A stretch of DNA of 60,159 bases, filler included, from Sluysia triapertura (taxonomy: Eukaryota), in the NCBI GenBank assembly GCA_046118255.1. It is 4 parts of 4 records of this genome, joined end to end, with 100 filler letters (N's around TTAATTAATTAA, not from the genome) between each part and the next. Parts side by side here need not be neighbours in the genome. Positions count along the whole stretch, not along the records: positions 1 to 21,781 come from JBJNIA010245097.1; 3 more parts are not named here. One strand, 5' to 3'. The position numbers and the translations under genes are program-made. How positions within the stretch are numbered: position 1 is the stretch's first letter; every line of letters starts with the position of its first letter. Below, in pieces: positions 1 through 9,848 of the stretch. The notes below the pieces were generated by a model. That model was not told the origin of the DNA. It saw only the letters and a list, made by a program, of their open reading frames with translations, and did no database searches.

Positions 1-260
1 CTACGTAATAGCTAAATTATTATTTACCTATCTACGAGAAAGCATTTTAACTTAGGAATGTTACGTAATACCTAACGGGTTATCTACTTATCTACAAGAA
101 AGCAATCAAGCAAATATGATACAACCGCTTTTCACAGCTCTCTTCAGTATGATCTAATACTACGTTAACGTAAACGGTGGGTAAAAATTCTGGGGGGTAA
201 AATTACCCCCCAGGTTGACTAATACGTCACAATTACATTCGGTTGACGGACAAAGGTTAA
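1..260. mobile_element. Probable terminus of a piggyBac-type DNA transposon/MITE
   Basis: Ends ...caaagg|TTAA (TTAA at 257-260). Perfect subterminal palindrome ctggggggtaa-aa-ttaccccccag at 190-213. Two ~60-nt imperfect direct repeats at 1-105. The other end lies outside the window. Confidence 0.5.
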
Positions 261-1532
261 TAAACTCCTAAATGTTTCTAAAAATAATAAAAGTCAAATG
301 GCGGTAGTTAGCTTTTCACGCTTGCTACACAAAGATTTAGATGTGGCTTGTATAATAAATGAAAACTAAAAAATACAACATGTTAATTTTTAAGCCAAGA
401 AATAGTGTATAACTGATGTATATTCTTCCCAAACACCAACTCATTGTTAATTTATCTTTTTAGCAGTATTTTAACACCTGAAAAGAATACATAAAAGTTA
501 CACCTAAAATTAAATCTACGTGCATTATATTACATGTTTTCAGCTTAAATAAATTCGAAAATATTTTATTTTTTATAATATTTCATTGTCAGATAATTAT
601 GCTCTAACATTTATAACTTCTATGTAATTTTTATCCAGATACAAAATTTCAAATTAATAAAATAATATAAACAACATCGTTACTAAATATAAAATTTATG
701 TTTCATTATAATTATCGGTACTGAACTGTTCTATATCTGGACATTAAATATGACTTCGGGTATATATATATATTCATTTTTTGAAATATTGAATTAATTT
801 TTGTCATAAATTTATTTTTAATTTATGAAATTATATTAAAAGCAGAGTTTTTGAATTCATAATAACTAGCGCTTAATTCGATGCATGCTGAGTATTGTGT
901 ATTATTTAAAATTTTGTTCCATAATAAGGTAGAAGAATTTTAAATATTAATAAAAAGTTTCATGCAAGTAATAAAAGTAATTTAGCATTATTATAGAGTT
1001 TACTTATAATTATGTGCTAAAATTGTATAAAAATGAAGTTTCATAATGATGATTGTTAAAATTTCATTCAAAATTTAAATCATTATTAAATCAATATTAC
1101 ATTTCTTGACATTTCACATATTACTTTTTCAGACTCCTTTAAATTTTAAATACTTTAAATCATTTTAAATTAATAGTTTCATAACATTAAAATCATAATT
1201 TACATCTAAAATTTTCAAACATACATTTCAAAGTTAATCCAAACCGCCACCAGTTCACAACACTTCAACATTCAAATTATTAATATCGTTGAAAAACAAT
1301 AAATTCTCATTTTAAAATCACTTTAAAACATAATCAAAATGGAATTTCTTACATTTCCAATTTTATTAATTCCTTTCTACAAATTTTATTTTCAATAACA
1401 TTCTCTATATGTTCACCATTACATAAAAGAATATTAATTCCAAGGAAAAGTAGACAGAACTTTTAGTTTAAGAAAGGAATTATATGTCAAAGAAAGAAAA
1501 AGAAGTTTATGTTTTTACTATTTTCATTTTTG

Positions 1533-1535
<3 letters not shown>

Positions 1536-1597
<62 letters not shown>
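1536..1597. repeat. (TTA)n microsatellite
   Basis: About 20 perfect TTA units; explains the poly-Leu ORF 1484..1705. Confidence 0.95.
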
Positions 1598-1598
<1 letters not shown>

Positions 1599-2059
1599 AT
1601 TTTATTCTTCTTATTATTAGTAATACTTTTATTACCATTTTTGTTATCATTATTATTATCGGATTATTAATTTCAAATATTATTTGCTCATTTTATTATC
1701 ATTGATGACATTTTTCCAATTATACCACATTACTAATGTCATTATTAAAAATTTTAAGTTGAATTATGATTTCGATTGGCTACCCAATCACAGTCCCATT
1801 AGCACAAAAATTCTAGATAGTTTTCAACAAATTAGCGTACAGTCAGAATAAAAATTATTGATCAACTAATCACATGTTGTCGGCACTCAATGTGTGATTC
1901 AAGAATACAAAAATAATCTTACAACGAACCTAAACATTTACAGTTAATAAATTGCTGAAAGTAAAGTAAAAAGATTTATTTTAATCGCACCAAAAGTCAA
2001 TGAAAGATTATAGTAAAAATAGTAAAGATAACAAGTCAATTTATGATAATTGTATAAGA

Positions 2060-3120
2060 TTTAAATTTGATATTGAACAATTAATAATAAATAAAGTAAA
2101 AGCGTATCTCGATGATGAATTTGAAATTCGTATTACATCTCCATGTTGACATGAAATCCTAATAACACATTCAGATTACTAGCTTTTAAAAAGAAATAGA
2201 ATTAATTCTGAATATTTCATCGGACTTATATTGAAAAGCGATAAATATACCAGAAAATGTGTGGAACAAGCTCTTGACGTTAGTAATGTAAACGCTTCAA
2301 CAAATTCAAATACCGATGATAATGCCACCCATTTGTACCATTCGATTCATATACTTACAAGATCAATAATAACTACTATCATTTTCAATCCATTGAATTT
2401 TACTTTTCTAAATTTTAATTTATAACTCTAGAATATCTTCTCGATTTCTCTTACATCAGCTTTAGACAAATACAAAATAATTCAAATTATATTTCGAACA
2501 AATTTAAGTTTTCCGATTCATTAAATGTCTGTACTTCATGTGAATCCTCCTATCATGAACATTAATGCAACAGCTAAATATAAATCTGTCACTAATGTAC
2601 AACATCTGAATTTGCAACAAATGGAACGATTCATTACAGATCTGTATCCACTTCACAAATTTTGCCTCATGCTTACGTATCGGGTATACTGGCGCCACGT
2701 AGAGGTAATACTCTAAATCAGGGCTTCTTAAACTTTTTTCATGCACGACCCCATTTATGATTGCCAGTTTCCTGGCGACCCAAATGAATATAAAAGAAAG
2801 ATAAATAAATATTTAAATATTTGATATTAAAATCTCTCGCGATCCCAGAATTTTGCTACGCGACCCCATTTGGGGTCACGACCCATAGTTTAAGAAGGCC
2901 TGCTCTAAATGATTATGACAAATGCGGCATAAGTCTCTATGGTACGACATTAGAAAAAATGTCCTAAATACGGTGCTAATTATAAATATGCGCACAAATT
3001 TGTTGAATTAGAACAAAGTAAAAACCAAGAACAAATCTTCTCCGACAATCTCAGTCGTATCAGACATATTGTCTCAAGTTTAGAATTGAAGACAGACTAT
3101 CAACAACGAATTAGATGAAG
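2060..3120 (+). pseudogene. Decayed orphan ORF with a possible ADP-ribosyltransferase (HYD1-like) motif, interrupted by a hAT MITE
   Basis: ORFs 2231 and 2525 share a frame separated by isolated stops. With two frameshifts and the MITE removed it reads DLY/HFTNFASCLRI/GILAPRRGNTLNDYDKCGISLYGTTL, resembling the ART pattern LYHxT..I..G.I.....G.GVY.T.L. Confidence 0.3.
2719..2902. mobile_element. hAT (Charlie-like) MITE, 184 bp
   Basis: 16-bp TIRs CAGGGCTTCTTAAACT / AGTTTAAGAAGGCCTG (15/16 match). Perfect 8-bp TSD CTCTAAAT at 2711-2718 and 2903-2910. Internal repeated CGACCC motifs. Confidence 0.92.
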
Positions 3121-3499
3121 TTTCATCCATTAACAATTATAATTTTAGGGTAAATAATTTTATTTATAAACTTTTTAAAAATATTCATATTTCTTATTTC
3201 TTTTTAGAATGTCATTCAAGGCGAATTGTAACGTAGGCGAATATAACCAATCACAATAATCGTTCAATTCTTAGGACAAAAAATTTGATAGATAATTTTA
3301 TAAATGTTATAACTAATATATGTATTAAAATTCGTTTATTTCTTAATTTTGACAAAATATTTAACCTAAAGTGTTTAATTATAATTTCTTTTTAAGTTTT
3401 AAAGATTTGCTTAACGATATTTTTTTTAATGAGAAGTTTGATAACTTAAATTTAAATTTTAACAAAATTTTCCATTTACAACGTAAATTAATATTACAT

Positions 3500-4501
3500 T
3501 ACCGACACACCTTTTTGAAAGAGATCTTCTGATGTATAAGTACACTATATCAATGCAACTTTTAATAATGAGCAAGATGAATATCCCTCTTACATTGTCT
3601 ACAGGTGTCCCGTGACCACTTGGGTCAGTAGTAGCTAGAAAAACTAACCCCTTTATAGAAATTGACAGTGGGTACTTCACGATGAGGAATGAGGGTGTTG
3701 ATGAGAGTGTGGTTGACAGTGAAGTAGTGCTGACATTCATAGAACCAGTCGGCAGCAGCCTTGAATTCTTCGAATTCGTTGGACAGAGACAGATTCTAAA
3801 TTCACAAATGATGGATACATATATAATTAATAAATGAAACCTGGAAGAAGCCTATTGAAACACATTTGTCAGATTCGACAAATCGTTTTATCTCGTCGTA
3901 ATTGGTCACTTGCACAACACGTGGCTTCATTTTCTGAGTTAGGAAATGCAATATGTCATCTGAGTTTGTCTTGTATCCTGAAATGCATGCATTTATAAAC
4001 TAATTAAACTTGCAATGAGTCTTCAGGGAAGACGTCTTACATGAAGACCATCATTATTTGTGATTTTGCTACAAGAATAAATTTCTAGAACAAATTATAA
4101 TTATTTTTGTGTACACTGTCCGTCTCACGTGGAAGAAGTCATCTCAAATTCAAGATAAATTTATGGACGCTCATGGTTATTGTTCCAAGAAATAATGGTA
4201 TTTTTTGAGACTTGAACATCTTGCAGCTCATTCAAATGTATCAAAAGTTATATAAGGTTACAAAAATTTGAAATAATCAATGGAAACCTGTATACTCGAT
4301 AATGCGTTCTCCGTGGTCGTGGATGGAAAACAAGCCTTGACCGTTTTGAATTTCATACTTTCCTATTACTGGGTTGTCTCCACGAATAGACATTTTCACA
4401 AATTTTATGTTAGAAGTCACCTCCTCTAGATCTAGAAGTCTTTTTACAGCTTCATTCAATGCTGCCAGAGTGTCGTATGTTCCAGGCTGTCCAGGGATGT
4501 C
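3500..4501. mobile_element. Possible decayed Polinton/Maverick (adintovirus-like) fragment
   Basis: GC-richer island with stop-interrupted protein-like frames. Plus strand has Walker-A-like ESSGKTSYMK (~4017-4050), a hydrophobic IMVFFE (Walker-B-like, ~4190) and upstream IEIDSGYFT...WLHFLS*. Minus strand has DIPGQPGTYDTLAALNEAV, resembling the minor-capsid I.PG.Y motif. Confidence 0.3.
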
Positions 4502-4659
4502 NNNNNNNNNNNNNNNNNNNNNNNNNNNNNNNNNNNNNNNNNNNNNNNNNNNNNNNNNNNNNNNNNNNNNNNNNNNNNNNNNNNNNNNNNNNNNNNNNNN
4601 NNNNNNNNNNNNNNNNNNNNNNNNNNNNNNNNNNNNNNNNNNNNNNNNNNNNNNNNNNN
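4502..4659. other. Assembly gap (158 N)
   Basis: Run of N. Confidence 0.99.
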
Positions 4660-4765
4660 AAGAAAGAAGTTCAACGTGTGTGGGAGAAAATTACACTTCG
4701 ACGAAATAAAATAATTGGAAATGATGTTTTCACAAATTTAGAAAGTCGTATAAACAATTAATCAG
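4660..4765 (+). mobile_element. Possible Tc1/mariner transposase C-terminal remnant
   Basis: KKEVQRVWEKIT...LESRI resembles the Tc1 C-terminal helix pattern (L...I...W..I......L..SM..R); very short and abuts the gap. Confidence 0.3.
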
Positions 4766-5661
4766 ATAATTATGTAGTCTTAATAAGACAGTTCATTAAC
4801 AAATTAATTCGACTATTCTAATAGTGGAGAAGAGTACTTCTATTCGAAATACTGCATGAAGTAGATAGATACATCTGCACGAAATTGGTTATTAAAATAT
4901 TTGGGTTTACATAAGATGTATGTATTAATATTCAGTGGCTGCAGCCTAAAATATATAAGCAAAACATTTTATTAATTCATCAATATGAGAAATAACACAA
5001 TGTTAATCACTTGTTATATTCAGAATATAAAATTGCAGTAAAATTGACTTATTTATCTTCGACACTGAGTAGTGTTAGGCCAGAAACTGCAAACTCATTT
5101 GTAGATTAGTTTCATTGTTGCTTTTATAAATGGATACAATCAATTTGTTTAAATGGTTGTTCGTACAATAAATAAGAATTATCTTATCAGTTAGTCTGAC
5201 AAATGAATTTCTTTCAGTTTAAGTTTTCAGTATTCGTAAATTTGTAAAATGTGTTGCACCATTCGTTTATCAGCATCACTTGGATAAGAGATTCTTCAGA
5301 AATACAATTTGATGATATCCATTTTATTGTATAGATATATGTTTTCACGTATTCAGAGGCGGAGATATTTTCGGATGATCATAAAATACTTAAACAGTGC
5401 ATTCGTCATCGCCAGAAAAATGGAATTACGCAGGTATACCATAAAAGGTACGTAAGATATAATTTTATAAATCACATTCTTGTATCAAAAGTCAGATTAA
5501 GTAGTAGCAGATCATAACAAATGTAATAACGTACGATTCAGTTTTCTCATTAACTGATTAGTATAAAATAAGCCCGATAATGTGCATCTCATATTCCATT
5601 CATACTGTTTGCCAATGTACAAAATTTACGTAAAATTGAATCTTTTTAAAATAAAATATAA

Positions 5662-5816
5662 TGTTAAACTTCTTAAAATGGACTGACCGGGGATCGAACT
5701 CGGGCTCTTGTTGCACAGTTCGACGCTCTACCCATGAATCTATCAGCCCCGTCTAACAATTTTATTTTATTATGGTCAATTATGTTATTATTATTCTACA
5801 TGGCACCTTAGGCCTT
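5662..5816 (-). mobile_element. tRNA-derived cassette in an LTR-like element, copy 1 (more degenerate)
   Basis: Colinear with 37518-37666. Minus strand reads GGGCTGA...GAGTTCGATCCCCGGTCAGTCCA-TTTT with a 7-bp acceptor-like stem (one G-U). Shared flanks TGTTAAAC (5662), GTCTAACA (5751-5758) and tggcac.ttaggcctt. Confidence 0.75.
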
Positions 5817-7112
5817 GTGATTCTGGGTATACTCTTTGTATTAATTATTTGATATTTACGTGTAGATGAATTTGTTGGGTTTAGTCAATCATGAAACAGA
5901 TATAAGAACTATTACTCGCAGAATAGGAATAAAAAAGCATTACTGAATTAATAAAATGCCATGATGGATTATGTTTGTTAATTTGATTTGTTTATAAAAT
6001 ATTTAAATTAAAATAAAAAAGAAAGATTCCAAGAGAGAATCCCCTATAAGGTTTTACAGAGTGAGAATATTAAAGTACATTTATTAATTAATTTAATTAA
6101 AAATTCTTTTGATTTAATTACTTTATGAAAGATGCCTGTACATGAGAAAATAATAATATGAAACCCGTAGACATCGATAACTCAAAAATTATTTATTTTA
6201 ATTAAGTTCTATAATGTAAAGCTAAATTTACATATTCGGTAATGTTCATTATATATATTAACATAGTGCTCATAAAAATACCGACGCGTAAAGAAGTATT
6301 AATGTATTAAAAATTCGTAAGGAAAAGAAATTTACCGCTAATTCAAGTCGGTGTATTTGTTAAACAATAAATATTAATGTGACAGTCAAGTTAAATTATG
6401 ATAATACGACGAGATTGTTCGTAATAAATCCTAATGTAATTGGTTAATTGAAAGGATTATGGCCGAAGTTTAATTATTAAAATGGGTCTGTTTATATCCG
6501 ACTATAAAATATTAATTATAAAATATTAATTACAATTTTGTAAACTCTAACTTATTTTGAACTCTTATTTTAAATAGATAGATAAAATCTACATTTAATA
6601 AACCTAATTTGAAGTAGACGTGTAAAATATGGGTACAAATTTATCATAAAGTAAAATAGTTATTGAATGTACACATTATAAACGATTCTAAAGTTATAAA
6701 TGTTACTAAAAACATAAGTATTGAAGCAAAAAATATAAAAAAACATTTCTTTTAAAAATAATAATAAATTCAAATATAATCCTTCATAAAGCATTATAAT
6801 TATTTTAAAAAATAGAGAACGATCAATTCACAAGATCACTATTTTAAATATTTCAATATAGAATATATTATCATTATTTTGGATATCTTAATATGACATC
6901 TAAAGGTTCAAATATTTTGGATGAATATAAATTAGAATTCACAATACCAATTTTTAAAAACCAACCAATATTAAGAACAATAAATCTTAGAACAATAAAC
7001 AATGACAATAATAATAGAATAGTGAGGAAAAAAGCACGAAGTAGTAACAATAGAGTAGGGACGACAAAAACGATAATAGTTTTAATTTTGTAAATTTTGC
7101 ATTATAATGAAA

Positions 7113-7429
7113 CTAGCTGTGCCAGTTCACGCGTTGCTGTATTAAAAATCTGAACAAAATGGCAGTTTTGATACATCAAATATAATTTATTATCAATACA
7201 TCAAAATGAAAATTAACAATAAAATTATCCCTACATACATGTCATTTGAATACAACACGTACGAAACATAGATATTCATGGTTACCATGGTTGCACATAG
7301 AACCCCAACTGTAATTTTAAAAAAATTTCCAAAACTATTCCCGGTGATATGCATAATAATTCCCAAAATTTTCACAGCGATTGAATGCATGGTTTTTGAA
7401 TCTATCGATTACGAACAGACGGACACACA

Positions 7430-7465
<36 letters not shown>

Positions 7466-7466
7466 A
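7113..7466 (-). mobile_element. Non-autonomous Helitron, ~354 bp
   Basis: Minus strand starts TC(TATA...) and ends CTAG, inserted between A and T with no TSD. (TA)n and acagacggaca near the 5' end; GC-rich degenerate hairpin just before CTAG. Confidence 0.8.
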
Positions 7467-8928
7467 TAATTGTTGATATATTTGAACAGATGTATGTCAT
7501 CTTAAAAATATGTTACTGGTATTTTGAGTTTAAGTTCACCAAAGTCATCCGAAGCGTTTGAAAAACCGAATACCTAAGTCACGTAATCCAGACTATCCAC
7601 GGAATCGATCGTGAAATTCGAATACAAGAAGAAAGTTTTAAACCTCACAAATATATAATTCTAAAGAATTTTGGTGAGTATTTCTATTCGTAAATATATT
7701 TCAATAACTAGTTCTACCCTATTCTAAGAATAATGTCATCTCTATGTTGCCTTCTCTCCCCGCATTGATAGGAATTCAACATTTGTGCGCTTTATAAATT
7801 AATGTTAAATTGCAGCTACAATGATCGACTGAAGGTAATTAAACGAATACCATGCGGGCTGAAATAAACCCTACCTTAAAAGTAAACTCTATGACTGTAA
7901 TAATGAAAAATTGGATAAAAATACAAAGATCGATGACTTTAGGCAATCTTTTAAACAATTTAAATTATCATTCTCATCCAAGAGTAACATATTGCATGAA
8001 AATTGTTTATGCACTGTGCGCGTTTCATGTGGTTGGTTTAAACTTTGTTATTTTATGCACGTTATGCAATGCATACATTTAATATAAAATATATTTGATA
8101 AGTGCGATATGTGACAATGGAAAAGCAAATAAAAAGTATTATTTAAAATGCAACCCCAATAAATCCAATAAGCTTTAAACTATATTCATAAGTGACTTCT
8201 ATAGTTGTGGACTAGAATGTATGGCATAAAGACTCACTTCGCGATCCACGATTACGTCAGACTAGAATTATTTTCACAACTTCTATATTCAATAACATGC
8301 ACACTCTGGTTAGCTTCTTTTCATGCGAAACATTAGGTCAGTTATACGTATTATTCTATTGCAGTATCACATAATTAATTCCTGTACAATGTGCCATTGT
8401 AAGTATTTGACATTAGAAAACTTGCATTTATTTTATGACAATGCTTTGAAAAGAAAATGAACCACGGAAAAGGTGATATATCGTTCAAAATGCGCGACAA
8501 TAAAACATTATCCATTTTCAAACATTTTCTTGTTAGTTTAAAATTGCAAAACATTAAAAGTAATTTAAAAAATTTCGAAAAGATTCAGATTTATATTTCA
8601 AATAAAGTGAAATTCGCTTCAAAACAAAGCTTGGAAGGAAACAGAATGAAGATCTAAAACTAACAAGAATTTTCTGCGGCGAAGAATGGGATAGGGCCAT
8701 TAAATTCAGTTATCAACTATAGAAAAATCAAAACAAATATGACGATCTACTCTTAGTTTCTTCATGTCAAATACTTTCGATTTCTGCAATTCAAAATTAT
8801 GAAAATAATTATTCCTTTGTATTATTTTTATTGTAATTAATAATTAAAAATTTCATAGACTCATATTTAAAAACTTTAAGTTTTAACATTGAATCAACAC
8901 ATTGTTTCAATATATACATAAAACTTAC

Positions 8929-9088
8929 AGAAGTAGATAAACACAAGTCGATAATTGTCTATCACTCTTTCTAATTCTTCTGTATCATTTTGAATAAGGT
9001 CGAATCCGAAATTGTCAATCTCACAATTTCCTTGTCCAAGTATCGAATAACATATAGAAACAAATACGACAAAATGTGAAAATATCAT
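8929..9088 (-). CDS. Candidate first exon of a secreted, possibly thioredoxin-fold (PDI/ERp44-like) protein
   Basis: ATG at 9088, signal-peptide-like MIFSHFVVFVSICYSILG, then ELERVIDNYRLVFIYF (like the segment before the PDI WC motif), followed by a consensus GTAAGT donor at 8928. Downstream exons not located. Confidence 0.4.
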
Positions 9089-9848
9089 TTACAGTGAATA
9101 ATTTTTATAAACTGTTATTGATTTATTAGTGATTAAATAATCAAGGAGCTCAAATTAAATTGAAACACGTTATTGAGACAATTTCCTAATTACATTAGAT
9201 TCACTAAGTCAATTACAAAATTTACAAACTGAATCCATTATTTACTTCTTTCTTTGAATAATATATAAATACAACAGACACATTAAATCAGTATAAAACA
9301 TTTAATAAAAATAGTCATTTGAAAGTTTACTTTTAATTTAGATTTTATAATGGAAATATTCCTGCAGTACTTCCTTTTCCGGTATTAGCAGTTAAAAAAT
9401 TCATATTCAAGATTATGACTGAACTCGTGATTCATTATATTTCAATACTTATACCAAACAATCAGAGGATTAGATATAAAAGACCAACTGAAGAAATTAG
9501 TAACATAATCCATTATAAATAAAATAATGGCTCAACCACTCTGGTTTTGTTAACCCACACCATTAAAGTACCTCGAATGCATTAACAATTCAAAATTAAA
9601 ACACCACATCGAAGAAATATACAACAAAATGTAATTAAGCGAAAATTTTAAGAATTTAAACTGAAAACTTGATTTAAAAGAGAAATAATGTTCCAAGTCC
9701 TTTATTATATAAAATAAAACAAAACATTTATTTACAATAACTATATCGAAAATTAGATTTATAAATCTCATCATTATAAGGAATTAATGAACATTAGACA
9801 TCATAAGTTGACTAAATTACTAGCAGCTATATTTTTGTTCTTCACTCA

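Noticed and set aside
1484-1705. 73-aa poly-Leu membrane-protein-like ORF
   Set aside because: Translation of a (TTA)n microsatellite.
2100-2120. AYLDD as a reverse-transcriptase catalytic motif
   Set aside because: No other RT motifs at the expected spacing.
4374-4761. ORFs spanning the N gap
   Set aside because: Open only because N codons contain no stops.
7489-7835. Apparent plus-strand splice signals (GTGAGT at ~7675, TGCAG/GTAATT at ~7810-7835)
   Set aside because: No continuous reading frame or recognisable protein; unsupportable without RNA data.
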